Positions 40,348 through 52,703 are shown, numbered from the stretch's first letter. The stretch: 64,000 bases of DNA from an uncultured Bacilli bacterium (GCA_947629165.1 CANRCR010000002.1:4845-68844); one strand, 5' to 3'. A program made the numbers and translations. Notes: a model not told the origin generated them from the letters alone.

Positions 40348-40629
40348 ATGGATACGAAGTATTTAGAAATTATCAAAGCACCAGTTATCACTGAAAAAAG
40401 TGGTGTTGCTGCTCAAAATGATGGAAAATATACCTTTAAAGTAGACGTGAAAGCAAACAAGACAGAAATCAAAGCCGCAATTGAAAAATTATTTAATGTA
40501 AAAGTTGAAAGTATTCGTACTATCAACGTAAAACCAAAGAAAAAGAGAGTTGGACGTTATCCTGGTTTAACAAATCGTACTAAAAAAGCAATTGTTAAAT
40601 TAGCTGACGGACAATCGATTGATCTATAG
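40348..40629 (+). CDS. rplW: 50S ribosomal protein L23.
   Basis: L23 sequence; ATG 10 nt after RBS GAGGAGG. Confidence 0.9.
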   Translation: MDTKYLEIIKAPVITEKSGVAAQNDGKYTFKVDVKANKTEIKAAIEKLFNVKVESIRTINVKPKKKRVGRYPGLTNRTKKAIVKLADGQSIDL

Positions 40630-40643
40630 AAGGAGGGTTAACG

Positions 40644-41474
40644 ATGGCAATTAAAGTAAAGAAACCAAATACTCCTGGTCAAAGAGGAATGACTGTTTTA
40701 GATTATTCGGATTTAACAAAGAAACGTCCGGAAAAAAGTCTTACCGAAACACGTAAGAAAAATGCAGGACGTAATAATCAAGGTCATATTACCGTAAGAC
40801 ATCAAGGTGGAGCCGTAAAACGGAAATATCGTATTATCGATTTCAAACGAAACAAATTAGATATTCCTGGTAAAGTGGCTAGTATCGAATATGATCCGAA
40901 TCGTACAGCAAACATTGCTCTTATCAATTACCGTGATGGAGAAAAAAGATACATTATCGCTCCGAAAGGATTAAATGTAGGAGACATGATTGTAAGCGGT
41001 GAAAATGTAGATATTAAAGTAGGTAATGCATTACCAATTATGAATATTCCAGTTGGTACTGTAATTCATAACATCGAACTTCGCCCTGGAAAAGGTGGAG
41101 AACTTGCAAGAAGTGCTGGATCTTCGGCTCAAATTTTAGGAAGAGAAGGTTCTTATGTAATGATTCGTCTTGCGAGTGGCGAACAAAGAAAAGTTTTAGG
41201 AACTTGTATGGCAACGGTTGGAGAAGTTGGTAACGAAGATTACGAACTTGTAAATATTGGAAAAGCCGGACGTACACGTCATATGGGAATTCGTCCTACG
41301 GTTCGTGGTTCGGTTATGAATCCGAACGATCACCCACATGGTGGTGGTGAAGGACGTGCTCCAGTAGGACGTAAAACACCAGTTACTCCTTGGGGAAAAC
41401 CTGCCCTTGGATATAAAACACGTAAAAACAAGATGTCTGATAAATTTATCGTACGTCGTCGTAATAGTAAATAG
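40644..41474 (+). CDS. rplB: 50S ribosomal protein L2.
   Basis: L2 sequence ([19 protein letters not shown]...HPHGGGEGR). Confidence 0.95.
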   Translation: MAIKVKKPNTPGQRGMTVLDYSDLTKKRPEKSLTETRKKNAGRNNQGHITVRHQGGAVKRKYRIIDFKRNKLDIPGKVASIEYDPNRTANIALINYRDGEKRYIIAPKGLNVGDMIVSGENVDIKVGNALPIMNIPVGTVIHNIELRPGKGGELARSAGSSAQILGREGSYVMIRLASGEQRKVLGTCMATVGEVGNEDYELVNIGKAGRTRHMGIRPTVRGSVMNPNDHPHGGGEGRAPVGRKTPVTPWGKPALGYKTRKNKMSDKFIVRRRNSK

Positions 41475-41490
41475 GAAAGGATGAAGAAAC

Positions 41491-41754
41491 ATGGCTAGAA
41501 GTTTAAAAAAGAAACCTTATGTATTCGATCGTTTACTAAATAAGGTAAAAGAATTAAATAAATCGGGTAAAAAAGAAGTTATCAAAACATGGTCACGTCG
41601 TTCCACCATTTATCCTGACTTTATCGGACATACATTTGCTGTACATAATGGAAAAGAATTTATTCCTGTTTATGTAACAGAGGATATGGTTGGACACAAG
41701 TTAGGTGAATTTGCCTTAACACGTAAGTTCGGCGGACATGGCGAAAATAAATAG
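41491..41754 (+). CDS. rpsS: 30S ribosomal protein S19.
   Basis: S19 sequence ([25 protein letters not shown]). Confidence 0.95.
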   Translation: MARSLKKKPYVFDRLLNKVKELNKSGKKEVIKTWSRRSTIYPDFIGHTFAVHNGKEFIPVYVTEDMVGHKLGEFALTRKFGGHGENK

Positions 41755-41778
41755 GGTAGAAATTAGGAGGAAAGAAAT

Positions 41779-42114
41779 ATGGAAGCAAGAGCAATTGCAA
41801 AAACACTTCGCGTTTCACCTATTAAAGCACGTCTTGTCGTTGATTTAATTCGTGGAAAGAACGTAAGTGATGCATTAGTTATTTTAACTAATATGAATAA
41901 AAAACCAGCGCGTCTTACTAAGAAAGTATTAGATTCTGCTATTGCAAATGCAGTAAACAATTTAGGAGCAGATCAAAATACACTTTATGTAAAAGAAGCA
42001 AGAGTAGACGCAGGTCCAGTAATGAAAAGAGGAATGTTTGATTCTCGTGGACATATTGGACACAAAGATAAGAGAACTAGTCACATCGTAATTACGGTTG
42101 CTAGTAGAGACTAA
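41779..42114 (+). CDS. rplV: 50S ribosomal protein L22.
   Basis: L22 sequence. Confidence 0.95.
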   Translation: MEARAIAKTLRVSPIKARLVVDLIRGKNVSDALVILTNMNKKPARLTKKVLDSAIANAVNNLGADQNTLYVKEARVDAGPVMKRGMFDSRGHIGHKDKRTSHIVITVASRD

Positions 42115-42128
42115 AGGAGGAACGAAAG

Positions 42129-42782
42129 ATGGGTCAGAAAGTAAATCCGAATGGAATGAGACTCGGAATCAACAAAACTTGGGAATCTCGTTGGTATGCT
42201 GACAAAAAGGATTTTAAGAAATATCTTAATAACGATGTTAAAATCCGTGACTTCTTTAAGAAGAACTTAAAAGATGCCGGAATTGCTAAAGTGGAAGTTG
42301 AAAGAAATAATAAGAGAACTGAAATCATCGTTCATACTTCAAAACCTGGAATTATTATTGGTCGTGGGGGAGAAGAAATCGAAAAATTAAAGAAAAAGAT
42401 TTCAAGCCAAATCGATGAAGAAGTTCAAATTTCAATCGTAGATATTAAGAAACCAGACTTAAATGCACAAATCGTTGCAGATTCAATTGCAAATCAAATT
42501 CAAAACAGAGCATCTTTCCGGATGGCACAAAAAAGAGCTATTCGTAATGCTATGAAAGCAGGAGCAAAAGGAATTAAAACGGTTGTGTCTGGAAGATTAA
42601 ACGGAGCCGATATTGCGCGTAGTGAAGGATACTCAGAAGGAACTACTCCTCTACATACCTTAAGAGCCGATATCGATTATGCAACCAGTGAAGCAGATAC
42701 TACTTATGGAAAAATCGGTGTAAAAGTATGGATTTATAAAGGAGAAATTCTTCCTAGCAAAAAGGCTAAAGGAGGTAATTAG
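42129..42782 (+). CDS. rpsC: 30S ribosomal protein S3.
   Basis: S3 sequence with KH domain. Confidence 0.95.
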   Translation: MGQKVNPNGMRLGINKTWESRWYADKKDFKKYLNNDVKIRDFFKKNLKDAGIAKVEVERNNKRTEIIVHTSKPGIIIGRGGEEIEKLKKKISSQIDEEVQISIVDIKKPDLNAQIVADSIANQIQNRASFRMAQKRAIRNAMKAGAKGIKTVVSGRLNGADIARSEGYSEGTTPLHTLRADIDYATSEADTTYGKIGVKVWIYKGEILPSKKAKGGN

Positions 42783-42783
42783 A

Positions 42784-43221
42784 ATGTTATTACCATCAAG
42801 AACAAAATACCGTCGTGTTCACCGTTTACCTTATGAAGGACATTCAAAAGGGAACACGAAATTAGATAAAGGTGACTATGGTCTTGTAGCTAAAGAAGGA
42901 GCTTGGATCACAGCTAACCAAATCGAAGCAGCACGTGTTGCAATGACGCGTTACATGAAACGTGGAGGAAAAGTATGGATTAATATTTTCCCACACATGC
43001 CTATTACGAAGAAACCAGTTGGTACTCGTCAAGGAAAAGGTAAAGGTAACGTAGAAGCATGGGTTGCCGTTGTAAAAGAAGGAAAGATTTTGTTTGAAAT
43101 CGCTGACGTGGATGAAGCAACAGCACGTGAAGCTTTAAGATTAGCAGCACACAAACTACCAATTCAAACAAAATTTATAACAAGAGAATCTGAAAATGGT
43201 GGTGAGAAAAATGAAGGTTAA
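42784..43221 (+). CDS. rplP: 50S ribosomal protein L16.
   Basis: L16 sequence ([14 protein letters not shown]). Confidence 0.95.
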   Translation: MLLPSRTKYRRVHRLPYEGHSKGNTKLDKGDYGLVAKEGAWITANQIEAARVAMTRYMKRGGKVWINIFPHMPITKKPVGTRQGKGKGNVEAWVAVVKEGKILFEIADVDEATAREALRLAAHKLPIQTKFITRESENGGEKNEG

Positions 43222-43408
43222 GGAAATTAGAGAACTAACCACTGAAGAAATCAACCAAAAGTTGAAAGAATCAAAAGAAGAATTATTCAATTTGCGTTTC
43301 CAACAAGCAACGGGTAATCTAGAAAAACCTTCAAGAATAAGAGAGTTAAGACACACAGTAGCAAGAATGAAAACAGTTCTTCGCGAACGTGAATTAAACG
43401 AAAAGTAG
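43211..43408 (+). CDS. rpmC: 50S ribosomal protein L29.
   Basis: L29 sequence ([18 protein letters not shown]); start 43211 or 43196. Confidence 0.9.
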   Translation: MKVKEIRELTTEEINQKLKESKEELFNLRFQQATGNLEKPSRIRELRHTVARMKTVLRERELNEK

Positions 43409-43418
43409 GAGGGGCAAA

Positions 43419-43679
43419 ATGGAAAATAGAAATGCAAGAAACCTTGTTGGAAAGGTTGTAAGTGATAAAGGAAATAAAACCGTTACAGTATTAGTAGAAA
43501 CTTATAAAAAGGATCCAAAATACGGAAAACGTGTTCGTTATTCAAAGAAATATGCTGCACATGATGAGTCCAATAAAGCAAAAGTAGGAGATGTTGTTCG
43601 TATCGTTGAAACAAAACCAATTTCAAAAACGAAACATTTCTATGTAGCTGAGATTGTTAAAGAAGCAGTTATTATCTAA
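43419..43679 (+). CDS. rpsQ: 30S ribosomal protein S17.
   Basis: S17 sequence. Confidence 0.95.
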   Translation: MENRNARNLVGKVVSDKGNKTVTVLVETYKKDPKYGKRVRYSKKYAAHDESNKAKVGDVVRIVETKPISKTKHFYVAEIVKEAVII

Positions 43680-43701
43680 ATTAGGTGAAGGAGGATAAAT
43701 T

Positions 43702-44070
43702 ATGTTACAAACAGAAAGCCGTTTAAAAGTAGCAGATAACTCTGGTGCGAAAGAATTATTAGTTGTTCGTGTCATGGGTGGAAGCAAAAGAAAATTTGGA
43801 AATATCGGTGACGTTGTTGTTGGAACAGTAAAGAAAGCCACACCTAATGGAACAGTAAAAAAAGGAAAAGTGGTAAAAGCCGTAATCGTTCGTAGTGTAC
43901 AAGGAGTACGAAGAGAAGACGGAAGTTACATCAAGTTCGATGACAATGCCTGCGTTATTATCAGAGATGATAAGAGTCCAGTAGGAACTCGTATCTTTGG
44001 ACCTGTAGCACGGGAACTTCGTGATGCAGATTATATGAAAATAGTATCTTTAGCTAAAGAAGTGCTATAA
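43702..44070 (+). CDS. rplN: 50S ribosomal protein L14.
   Basis: L14 sequence. Confidence 0.95.
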   Translation: MLQTESRLKVADNSGAKELLVVRVMGGSKRKFGNIGDVVVGTVKKATPNGTVKKGKVVKAVIVRSVQGVRREDGSYIKFDDNACVIIRDDKSPVGTRIFGPVARELRDADYMKIVSLAKEVL

Positions 44071-44084
44071 GGGAGGATATATTT

Positions 44085-44393
44085 ATGAACTTTAAAGTAG
44101 GAGATAAGGTTAGAGTAATCGCCGGATCTAGTAAAGGTAAAGAAGGTAAAATTATCAAAACCTTAAGAGCGGAAAACAAAGTTATCGTTGAAGGTGCTAA
44201 TATCGTCAAGAAACATATGAAAGGAAATGGACAAGTAAGTGGTGGAATTCAAGAAGTTTCAGCACCTATCCATGCTTCGAATGTAATGATGATCGATCCA
44301 AAGACGAAAAAAACTACTAGAGTCGGTAAAAGTGTAGATAAAGATAATAAAAAAGTTAGAATTGCAAAAAAATCAAGCGAAAAGCTTGACTAG
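44085..44393 (+). CDS. rplX: 50S ribosomal protein L24.
   Basis: L24 KOW-domain sequence. Confidence 0.95.
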   Translation: MNFKVGDKVRVIAGSSKGKEGKIIKTLRAENKVIVEGANIVKKHMKGNGQVSGGIQEVSAPIHASNVMMIDPKTKKTTRVGKSVDKDNKKVRIAKKSSEKLD

Positions 44394-44411
44394 TTGGAAG
44401 GAGGGTAATTT

Positions 44412-44951
44412 ATGAACCGCCTAAAAGAAAAATACTTGAAAGAAATTATTCCAAGTTTAACAAAGAAACATAATTATAAAACCGTTATGGAAGTTCCAAA
44501 ATTGGAAAAAATCGTAATCAATATGGGAGTAGGAGATGCTACTCAAAATTCGAAATTAATCGAAGCTGCTGTAAAAGACCTCGAAGTAATTTCAGGACAA
44601 AAACCAGTGGTTACGAAAGCAAAGAAATCCATTGCCGGATTCAAAGTAAGAGAAGGACAATCGATTGGATGCAAAGTAACACTTCGTGGAGACAATATGT
44701 ATACCTTCATGGATAAATTATTTTCAATCGGACTCCCTCGTGTAAGAGATTTCCGTGGAGTTAGCCCAAGAGCTTTCGACGGAAGAGGAAACTACACCTT
44801 AGGAATTAAAGAACAATTGATTTTCTCAGAAATTGAATTCGATAACGTCGTAAAAGTTCGTGGTATGGATATCGTATTCGTCACGAGTGCTAAAACAAAT
44901 GAAGAAGCCTATGATTTGTTAGACGAATTAGGAATGCCTTTCAGAAAGTAA
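44412..44951 (+). CDS. rplE: 50S ribosomal protein L5.
   Basis: L5 sequence. Confidence 0.95.
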   Translation: MNRLKEKYLKEIIPSLTKKHNYKTVMEVPKLEKIVINMGVGDATQNSKLIEAAVKDLEVISGQKPVVTKAKKSIAGFKVREGQSIGCKVTLRGDNMYTFMDKLFSIGLPRVRDFRGVSPRAFDGRGNYTLGIKEQLIFSEIEFDNVVKVRGMDIVFVTSAKTNEEAYDLLDELGMPFRK

Positions 44952-44965
44952 TTGGAGGATAATTT

Positions 44966-45151
44966 ATGGCAAAGAAAAGTATGATTGTAAAAGCAAATCG
45001 TCCAAAGAAATACAAAGTACGTGAATATACACGTTGCCAAAGATGTGGACGTCCACATGCAGTAATGAGTAAATTTGGCGTATGTCGTATTTGCTTTAGA
45101 GAATTAGCTTATAAAGGACAAATACCAGGTGTAAGAAAATCAAGCTGGTAA
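44966..45151 (+). CDS. rpsZ: 30S ribosomal protein S14 type Z (zinc-binding).
   Basis: 61 aa with CxxC...CxxC (CQRCGRP...CRIC). Confidence 0.95.
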   Translation: MAKKSMIVKANRPKKYKVREYTRCQRCGRPHAVMSKFGVCRICFRELAYKGQIPGVRKSSW

Positions 45152-45173
45152 TTTGGGAAGGAGGAAAATTAAA

Positions 45174-45575
45174 ATGGCTGTAGTAACAGATACTATCGCA
45201 GATATGCTTACGAGAATTCGTAATGCAAATCAAATGCGTTATAAAGAAGTTCATGTTCCTGCTTCTAAATTAAAACTAGAACTTGCTAAGATTTTAAAAG
45301 AAGAGGGATTTATTGAAGATTACAAGGTGTTAAAAGACACGGCTCAAGGAGAGATCCTTTTAACACTAAAATATGGACACAATAAAGAAAGAGTAATTAC
45401 AGGATTAAAACGTATTTCGAAACCAGGATTACGCGTATATGCAAAGAAAGAAGAAGTACCTAAAGTACTTAATGGTTTAGGAATTGCTATTATCTCTACC
45501 TCAAAAGGTATTATGACTGATAAAGAGGCTAGACGCCAAAATCTTGGTGGAGAAGTATTAGCTTATATCTGGTAA
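45174..45575 (+). CDS. rpsH: 30S ribosomal protein S8.
   Basis: S8 sequence; ATG at 45174 follows RBS GGAAGGAGGAAA. Confidence 0.9.
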   Translation: MAVVTDTIADMLTRIRNANQMRYKEVHVPASKLKLELAKILKEEGFIEDYKVLKDTAQGEILLTLKYGHNKERVITGLKRISKPGLRVYAKKEEVPKVLNGLGIAIISTSKGIMTDKEARRQNLGGEVLAYIW

Positions 45576-45599
45576 TTAAAAATATAAGGAGGTGTCAAT

Positions 45600-46139
45600 A
45601 TGAGTCGTATTGGTAATAGAAAACTAGTAGTGCCAGAAGGTGTTACGGTAGAAGTTGCAAATGATGTTGTTACCGTTAAAGGACCAAAAGGAACGCTTTC
45701 TACGAAAGTTGATAATAAAGATATTACAGTAGAAGTTTTGGATAAAGAAGTTCTTGTTAAAAGAAGTAATGACGAAATTAAAACGAGATCGATGCATGGT
45801 ACCGTAAATGCCAATATACATAATATGATCGAAGGTGTTACAAAAGGATACGAAAAAGCCTTAGAGATTATCGGTGTTGGATATCGTTTCACATTAAAAG
45901 GAAATACGTTAGTCATCAATGCGGGATTCTCACATCCTGTTGAACTAGCTATTCCGGAAGGTATTAAAGTAGAATCCCCAAGTAATACAGAGATTACCAT
46001 TAAAGGGATCGATAAAGTACAAGTAGGAGAATTTGCTGCCAATGTAAGAAAGGTTAAACAACCAGAACCTTACAAAGGAAAAGGAATTCGTTATAAGGAC
46101 GAACAAGTTCGTCGTAAAGAAGGAAAGAAAGCTGCTTAA
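45600..46139 (+). CDS. rplF: 50S ribosomal protein L6.
   Basis: L6 sequence. Confidence 0.95.
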   Translation: MSRIGNRKLVVPEGVTVEVANDVVTVKGPKGTLSTKVDNKDITVEVLDKEVLVKRSNDEIKTRSMHGTVNANIHNMIEGVTKGYEKALEIIGVGYRFTLKGNTLVINAGFSHPVELAIPEGIKVESPSNTEITIKGIDKVQVGEFAANVRKVKQPEPYKGKGIRYKDEQVRRKEGKKAA

Positions 46140-46176
46140 TCAAGTAGCAAAATAAGTAAGAAGGGAGAGTTTACTT

Positions 46177-46533
46177 ATGATTAAAAAAGAGTCACGCAAC
46201 AAGATGCGTCTTACTCGTCACGAACGTGTTAGAGAAAATCTTAAAGGAACACAAGAAATGCCTCGCTTAAATGTATTCCGTTCGAATAAGAATATTACTG
46301 CTCAAATTATCGATGACGAGACCGGTTCCACTTTAGTAAGTGCATCCAGTATGGAATTAAACTTAAAGAACGGTGGAAATAAAGAAGCTGCTACAAAAGT
46401 AGGAGAACTCGTTGCTGAAAAAGCACTTAAAGCTGGAATTAAAACAGTAGTATTTGATAGAGGTGGATATCTTTATCACGGTCGTGTAGCGAGTCTTGCA
46501 GAAGCTGCACGTAATAAAGGATTAGAATTCTAA
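46177..46533 (+). CDS. rplR: 50S ribosomal protein L18.
   Basis: L18 sequence. Confidence 0.95.
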   Translation: MIKKESRNKMRLTRHERVRENLKGTQEMPRLNVFRSNKNITAQIIDDETGSTLVSASSMELNLKNGGNKEAATKVGELVAEKALKAGIKTVVFDRGGYLYHGRVASLAEAARNKGLEF

Positions 46534-46546
46534 TAGGAGGGTATTT

Positions 46547-47062
46547 ATGCAAAACAAACACATGGACCCAAAGAAACAAGAAAAGCAATTAGAAGAACAA
46601 GTTGTCGAAATCAAAGCCGTAACGAAAGTAACGACTGGAGGACGTCAACGTAGATTCTCTGCGACAGTTGTTGTTGGGGATAGACATGGTCAAGTAGGAT
46701 TAGGTATCGGAAAAGCTGCCGAAGTCCCAGATGCAATTAAAAAAGCAATTCAAGCTGCAAATAAAAATCTAGTTAAAATACCGCTAGTAGAAGATAGAAC
46801 AATCGCTCATGAAGCAATGGGAGTATCAGGAGCTGCCAAGGTTATGTTAAAACCTGCTTATGCTGGTACTGGAGTTATTGCCGGTGGAGCTGTTCGTGCT
46901 ATCCTCGAGTTAGCTGGAGTCCACGATATTCTTTCTAAATCACTTGGTTCAAGAACAAAACTTAATATGGCAATGGCCACAATTAATGCACTAAAATCAA
47001 CGAAGACAGTCGACGAAGTTGCAAAACTAAGAGGAAAAACAAAAGAGGAGATTTTAGGATAA
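46547..47062 (+). CDS. rpsE: 30S ribosomal protein S5.
   Basis: S5 sequence; its stop overlaps the rplO start (ATGA), with no rpmD in between. Confidence 0.95.
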   Translation: MQNKHMDPKKQEKQLEEQVVEIKAVTKVTTGGRQRRFSATVVVGDRHGQVGLGIGKAAEVPDAIKKAIQAANKNLVKIPLVEDRTIAHEAMGVSGAAKVMLKPAYAGTGVIAGGAVRAILELAGVHDILSKSLGSRTKLNMAMATINALKSTKTVDEVAKLRGKTKEEILG

Positions 47063-47505
47063 TGAAGTTACATGAATTAAAGAAAAATGAAGGAGCAACG
47101 TTCAAAGCAAAAAGATTAGGACGTGGTTCTGGTAGTGGTTTAGGAAAGACAAGTGGAAAAGGACACAAAGGACAAAACGCACGTAGTGGTGGAGGAGTTC
47201 GCCCTGTATTCGAAGGTGGACAATTACCATTATATCGTCGTTTACCAAAGAGAGGATTCAGTAATGCGAAGTTTAAATTAACTTATGCCGTTATTAATCT
47301 AGATGATTTAAATCAATTTGATGATAAAACAGTGGTAACTCCTGCTTTATTGAAAGAAAAAGGTTTAGTAACCAAAGAGTTATGTGGAATTAAAGTATTA
47401 GGAGATGGCGAATTAACGAAAAAGTTAACAATCCAAGCAAATAAATTCTCTCGTAGTGCTTTAGAAAAAATTGAAAAGTCAGGTAGCAAAGCTGAGGTGA
47501 TCTAA
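47062..47505 (+). CDS. rplO: 50S ribosomal protein L15.
   Basis: L15 sequence. Confidence 0.95.
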   Translation: MKLHELKKNEGATFKAKRLGRGSGSGLGKTSGKGHKGQNARSGGGVRPVFEGGQLPLYRRLPKRGFSNAKFKLTYAVINLDDLNQFDDKTVVTPALLKEKGLVTKELCGIKVLGDGELTKKLTIQANKFSRSALEKIEKSGSKAEVI

Positions 47506-47506
47506 G

Positions 47507-48790
47507 ATGTTTCACACGATGAGACAAATTTTTGCCCCAACGAACAAAGACTTAAGAAAAAGAATTTGGTTCACGTTAGGAGCATTATTGATCTTCATTG
47601 TAGGTACTTCGATTCGGATCCCCGGAACACCCAAGATTGATGGAAGTCTAGGTTTCCTTGAATTAATCAATGCGATGGGTGGAGGTGCCTTAAAACAGTT
47701 CTCCATCTTTGCTCTTGGTGTTATGCCGTACATTACGGCTACCATCATTATGCAATTATTGCAGATGGATATCGTTCCCTACTTTAGTGAACTTGCAGAT
47801 CAAGGTCCAGTAGGACGTCAGAAAATAAATCAAATCAGTCGTTATATGGGTATTGCTTTTGCATTTATCGAAGGATTTGCTTTCGCCTATGCTTTCATGG
47901 GAAAAACGGCAAGTGCCTTTGACTACTTATATGTAGCAACGATTCTTACGGCTGGTACTGCATTTACTTTGTGGTTGGGAGATCAAATTACACAAAAAGG
48001 AATTGGAAATGGCGTATCGCTTATCATCATGGCCGGAATTATTTCGACCCTTCCAACGATGTTTATTGAAGCATTCCAAGGATTAGTTCTTAATTCAAAT
48101 ATTAATAATATTTTAGGAATTGCTTTATTTGTAGCTTTCGTCATTGTATATTTCTTAATTATTATCGGTGTTATATGGGTACAAGAAGCAGATCGTAAGA
48201 TTCCTGTACAATATGCCAATAAATCGACTAGTTCGTATGGTGGACAACAGTCATTCATGCCAATTAAAATCAATGCGGCAGGAGTAGTGCCTGTTATCTT
48301 TGCTTCGACGTTCTTATCGATTCCTGCAGCTATTGCTCAATTTATTGGAAATACCGATTTCTCAAATTTTGTAAATCAATATTTATCTTATACAACACCC
48401 GTTGGTTTCCTTATCTATGTTGTATTAATATTCTTCTTTGGATATTTCTATACATTCATTCAAATGAAACCAGACGAGTTAGCCAAAAACTTACAAAATA
48501 ACGGTGGATATATTCCAGGAGTTCGTCCCGGAAAAGATACCGAAGACTATGTAAGTAAAGTGCTTTCGAGATTAACGGTGGTTGGATCACTCTTCCTTGT
48601 TATTATTGCTGGACTCCCAATTCTATTCACAGCAGCGATGGGATTAATCGATGGAATTAATTTATCGAGTAGTGTTACCATTGGTGGTACAGGACTATTA
48701 ATCGTTGTTGGAGTAGCGTTAGAGACCTACAAGCAATTAGAAGGAAGTTTAGTAACGCGTAGTTATAAAAAGGGATATAGTAGAAGATGA
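47507..48790 (+). CDS. secY: Preprotein translocase subunit SecY.
   Basis: 10-TM SecY sequence; 427 aa. Confidence 0.95.
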   Translation: MFHTMRQIFAPTNKDLRKRIWFTLGALLIFIVGTSIRIPGTPKIDGSLGFLELINAMGGGALKQFSIFALGVMPYITATIIMQLLQMDIVPYFSELADQGPVGRQKINQISRYMGIAFAFIEGFAFAYAFMGKTASAFDYLYVATILTAGTAFTLWLGDQITQKGIGNGVSLIIMAGIISTLPTMFIEAFQGLVLNSNINNILGIALFVAFVIVYFLIIIGVIWVQEADRKIPVQYANKSTSSYGGQQSFMPIKINAAGVVPVIFASTFLSIPAAIAQFIGNTDFSNFVNQYLSYTTPVGFLIYVVLIFFFGYFYTFIQMKPDELAKNLQNNGGYIPGVRPGKDTEDYVSKVLSRLTVVGSLFLVIIAGLPILFTAAMGLIDGINLSSSVTIGGTGLLIVVGVALETYKQLEGSLVTRSYKKGYSRR

Positions 48791-49446
48791 AAAATATTAT
48801 TTTATTAGCCGTTCAAGGGGCTGGAAAAGGAACCCTTGCTAAAAGATTAAGTAGTAAATATGGTTATGTTCATATTTCGATGGGAGACATTTTAAGAGAA
48901 CGTTCAAGCGTCGAGGATGAATTAGGAAAAAAGATTAAAGATTTAATCGATAATGGTTTATTTGTACCAGATGATATTATCTTTGAAGCAATTTCTTATA
49001 AGATTTCTCAAAAAGAATGTGAAAACGGATATATTCTAGATGGTTTCCCAAGAAGTATGGAACAAGCAATTGGCTACGATGCACTTTTAGAAAAATTGAA
49101 CAAAGATATCGGAATAGTCATTAATTTAACGATTCCTTCCGATTTGTTAAAAAACCGAATTCTTGGAAGAAGAACCTGTAAGAAATGTGGAGCCATCTAC
49201 AATATCTACAGTGATACACTATGTCCAAAAGAAGACGGTATTTGTGATAAATGTGGTGGAGAACTCGTACAGCGAGAAGACGATAATGAAACGTCACTTA
49301 AAAAGCGAGTTGATACGTACTTTGAAGTAACGGCACCACTCGTCGATTATTATAAAAATAAAGGAATATTATATGAAATCGAATCGATCGACAGTGATGA
49401 AACACTTGCCCAAGTGGATGCGATTTTAGAAAAATTAGGTGATTAA
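48787..49446 (+). CDS. adk: Adenylate kinase (zinc-lid type).
   Basis: P-loop GAGKGT; LID Cys pairs CKKCG...CDKCG. Confidence 0.95.
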   Translation: MKNIILLAVQGAGKGTLAKRLSSKYGYVHISMGDILRERSSVEDELGKKIKDLIDNGLFVPDDIIFEAISYKISQKECENGYILDGFPRSMEQAIGYDALLEKLNKDIGIVINLTIPSDLLKNRILGRRTCKKCGAIYNIYSDTLCPKEDGICDKCGGELVQREDDNETSLKKRVDTYFEVTAPLVDYYKNKGILYEIESIDSDETLAQVDAILEKLGD

Positions 49447-50194
49447 AGTGATTAGTCTAAAAAGCGATCGAGAGATTGAATTATTAAGAAAAGCTGGTCA
49501 TATTGTTTACTTGACCCATCAGTATTTAAAGCCTTATGTAAAAGAGGGAATAACCACCAAAGAGTTAGATCGACTTGCCGAGGAATTTATTCGTTCCCAA
49601 GGGGCTACTCCTTCTTTCAAAGGATACGAAGGTTTTCCAGCTACCTTATGTACAAGTGTTAATCAACAAGTTGTACATGGAATTCCTGGAAACTATCGGT
49701 TAAAAAATGGAGATATTATTTCCATCGATATTGGTGCCTGCTACAAAGGCTACCACGGTGACTCTGCTTGGACGTATGCCGTAGGCGAAATCGATGAAGA
49801 AAAAAAGTATCTTATGGAACATACCGAAAAAGCGTTGTTTCAAGGACTTGCCCAAATTAAACCGGGCAATCGAATTGGAGATATTGGTCATGCAATTGAA
49901 ACTTATGCCAAAGAACATCATTTAGGGGTTGTCGAAGAACTAGTCGGCCATGGGGTAGGAACGAATGTTCACGAAGAACCAGATGTTCCAAACTATGGAA
50001 GACCCGGTACGGGACCACTCTTACGCGAAGGCATGGTAATTGCCGTCGAACCAATGCTTAATTTAGGAAGCAAAGAGATATGTATGTTAGATGATGATTG
50101 GACCGTCGAAACAATGGATGGAAGCCCATCGGCACACTTTGAGCATACCGTTGCGGTTACCAAAGATGGCTACCAAATCATGACAGGAGAGTGA
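49439..50194 (+). CDS. map: Methionine aminopeptidase type I.
   Basis: MAP metal ligands (D..D..H..E..E context); 251 aa; GTG start. Confidence 0.9.
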   Translation: MIKVISLKSDREIELLRKAGHIVYLTHQYLKPYVKEGITTKELDRLAEEFIRSQGATPSFKGYEGFPATLCTSVNQQVVHGIPGNYRLKNGDIISIDIGACYKGYHGDSAWTYAVGEIDEEKKYLMEHTEKALFQGLAQIKPGNRIGDIGHAIETYAKEHHLGVVEELVGHGVGTNVHEEPDVPNYGRPGTGPLLREGMVIAVEPMLNLGSKEICMLDDDWTVETMDGSPSAHFEHTVAVTKDGYQIMTGE

Positions 50195-50198
50195 TAAT

Positions 50199-50414
50199 AT
50201 GGCTAAAGATGATACCATAGAAGTCGAAGGAAAAGTACTTGAAATTCTCCCCGGTGGAAAATTTAAAGTAGAACTTTCCAACGGACATATGATTGAAGCT
50301 CACGTTTCTGGTAAAATCCGAATGAATTACATTCGCATTCTACCAGGGGACACAGTAACGATAGAATTATCGCCATACGATTTAACACGTGGGCGTATAA
50401 CCTATAGAAAATAG
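50199..50414 (+). CDS. infA: Translation initiation factor IF-1.
   Basis: IF-1 S1-like sequence; 71 aa. Confidence 0.95.
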   Translation: MAKDDTIEVEGKVLEILPGGKFKVELSNGHMIEAHVSGKIRMNYIRILPGDTVTIELSPYDLTRGRITYRK

Positions 50415-50424
50415 GAGGGATATT

Positions 50425-50538
50425 ATGAAAGTAAAACCATCAGTAAAACCAATTTGCGCAAAATGCAAAGTTATTAAACGTCATGGAAGAGTAATGATCA
50501 TTTGCTCGAATCCAAAACACAAACAGAGACAAGGATAA
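50425..50538 (+). CDS. rpmJ: 50S ribosomal protein L36 (37 aa; not in ORF track, which omits ORFs below 60 aa).
   Basis: [37 protein letters not shown]; RBS AGGAGGG. Confidence 0.9.
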   Translation: MKVKPSVKPICAKCKVIKRHGRVMIICSNPKHKQRQG

Positions 50539-50553
50539 TAGGAGGTGTAGGAT

Positions 50554-50919
50554 ATGGCACGTATTAAAGGTGTAGACATTCCAAACGATAAACAAGTAGG
50601 AATTTCCTTAACTTATATTTATGGAATTGGAAGAAGTCTTGGAAGAAGAATTGCAATGGATGCAAAAGTAGATCCAGAAAAGAAAGTAGCAGATCTTGAT
50701 AGTGACGAATTAAATCGTGTTCGTGACGAAGTTGCAAAACATATGGTAGAAGGAGATTTACGTCGTGAAGTTTCAATGAACATTAAGACGAAAATGGAAA
50801 TTAATTCCTACCAAGGTACTCGTCATAAAAAAGGTCTTCCAGTAAGAGGCCAAAGAACCAACCGTAATGCTAGAACGCGTAAAGGTAAAGGTAAGACGGT
50901 AGCAAATAAGAAGAAATAA
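50554..50919 (+). CDS. rpsM: 30S ribosomal protein S13.
   Basis: S13 sequence. Confidence 0.95.
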   Translation: MARIKGVDIPNDKQVGISLTYIYGIGRSLGRRIAMDAKVDPEKKVADLDSDELNRVRDEVAKHMVEGDLRREVSMNIKTKMEINSYQGTRHKKGLPVRGQRTNRNARTRKGKGKTVANKKK

Positions 50920-50951
50920 TAATTGAGTATTCATAAAAAGGAGGTAAGAAT

Positions 50952-51335
50952 ATGGCTTACAAATCGAGAAAAAGAAAAGTAAAGAAGAACGTTCCAGAAG
51001 GAATTGCACATATTCATTCAACATTTAATAATACGATTACTACAATTACCGATAAAGAAGGAAATGCCATCTCTTGGGCATCGAGTGGAGCTTTAGGATT
51101 TAAAGGTAGTAAAAAATCAACTCCATTTGCTGCAGGTCTTGCAGCCGAAGCCGCAGGAAAAGCAGCTTACGATTTAGGAATGAGAAAAGTTGAAGTATAT
51201 GTAAGAGGATTAGGACCAGGTCGTGAAACAGCTATTCGTTCTTTACAAACGGCAGGATTAGAAGTAACGGCAATTACCGACGTTACACCAATCCCACATA
51301 ACGGATGTCGTCCACCAAAACGTCCACGTGGATAA
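50952..51335 (+). CDS. rpsK: 30S ribosomal protein S11.
   Basis: S11 sequence. Confidence 0.95.
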   Translation: MAYKSRKRKVKKNVPEGIAHIHSTFNNTITTITDKEGNAISWASSGALGFKGSKKSTPFAAGLAAEAAGKAAYDLGMRKVEVYVRGLGPGRETAIRSLQTAGLEVTAITDVTPIPHNGCRPPKRPRG

Positions 51336-51353
51336 AATAAGGAGGGAAGTTTC

Positions 51354-52304
51354 ATGTTACAATTTGAAAAACCAGTCTATAAAATTACAGATTATGTAGA
51401 AAATAATTTTTTTGGAAAGTTTGAATTAGAACCATTAGAGCGCGGATTCGGAACCACTTTAGGAAATGCACTACGAAGAGTTATGTTATCATCACTTCCA
51501 GGAAGTGCAATTAGTAGTGTTAAAATTGAAGGTGTTTCACACGAATTCCAAACAATTGATGGAGTTATCGAAGACGTTGCACTTATCGTATTAAATTTAA
51601 AAGGAATTGTAATTAAGAATCATTCGAACGAACCAAAGACGATTCGTTTGAACGCTTCAGAAGAAGGAGTCGTAACGGCAGGAATGATCGAACATGATGC
51701 CGATATTGAAATTATGAATCCGGATCAAGAAATTGCAACCTTAGCAAAAGGCGGAAAATTAGTTATGGAAATGACCGTAACTAATGGCCGTGGATACGTA
51801 AGAAGTGAAGAAAACAAAAAATTACTTGATAACAAAAAAATGGGAACGATTGCCATTGATTCCCTATACTCTCCTATCGAGCGTGTATCTTATGAAGTAG
51901 AACCTGCTCGTGTCGGACAAAATGAAAACTATGACCGTTTAATTTTAAATGTATGGACAAACGGTTCAATGAAACCAGAAGAAGCAGTAGCATTAGCTGC
52001 TCGTATCTTAATCGAACACTTTGAATTGTTGACCGACTTAAGTAAGATTGCAGATATGACAGGACTTATGATTGAAAAGACAGAAGATCCAAAAGTAAAA
52101 GCATTAGAGACTACAATCGAAGATTTAGACTTCTCAGTACGTGCTTACAACTGCTTAAAGAGAGCTGGAATTCATACCTTACAAGATTTAGTTAATAAAT
52201 CAGAAAACGATATGATGAAGATACGTAATCTAGGAAAGAAATCACTAAAAGAAGTATTAGACAAGATTCGTGAACTTGGACTAGCATTACGTGAAGATGA
52301 CTAG
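51354..52304 (+). CDS. rpoA: DNA-directed RNA polymerase alpha subunit.
   Basis: RpoA NTD/CTD sequence; 316 aa. Confidence 0.95.
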   Translation: MLQFEKPVYKITDYVENNFFGKFELEPLERGFGTTLGNALRRVMLSSLPGSAISSVKIEGVSHEFQTIDGVIEDVALIVLNLKGIVIKNHSNEPKTIRLNASEEGVVTAGMIEHDADIEIMNPDQEIATLAKGGKLVMEMTVTNGRGYVRSEENKKLLDNKKMGTIAIDSLYSPIERVSYEVEPARVGQNENYDRLILNVWTNGSMKPEEAVALAARILIEHFELLTDLSKIADMTGLMIEKTEDPKVKALETTIEDLDFSVRAYNCLKRAGIHTLQDLVNKSENDMMKIRNLGKKSLKEVLDKIRELGLALREDD

Positions 52305-52325
52305 AAGGAAGGAGAAGCGATTAAA

Positions 52326-52670
52326 ATGGCATATAGAAAATTAGGAAGAGTAAGTAAACACAGAAAATCTATGTTAGCCAACCTTACCATCGATCTTATT
52401 AAGAATGAAAAAATTGAAACGACAGAAACACGTGCAAAAGAAGTTCGCAAATGTTTAGATAAAATGGTTACTTATGGTAAAAAAGGTGATTTAGTATCAC
52501 GTCGTAAAGCAATTGCTTTCTTACATAATGATGCCGAAGTAGCAAAGAAAGTTTTTGAAGATTTAGCCGTTCGATATAAGGATCGTAAGGGTGGATATAC
52601 AAGAATTTTAAAGATGACGGAACGTCGTGGTGACGATGCATTAATGGTTATCTTAGAATTAGTAAAATAA
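52326..52670 (+). CDS. rplQ: 50S ribosomal protein L17.
   Basis: L17 sequence. Confidence 0.95.
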   Translation: MAYRKLGRVSKHRKSMLANLTIDLIKNEKIETTETRAKEVRKCLDKMVTYGKKGDLVSRRKAIAFLHNDAEVAKKVFEDLAVRYKDRKGGYTRILKMTERRGDDALMVILELVK

Positions 52671-52703
52671 GGCCTAAAAAGGTCTTTTTTTTGTGCTGTT
52701 TTC

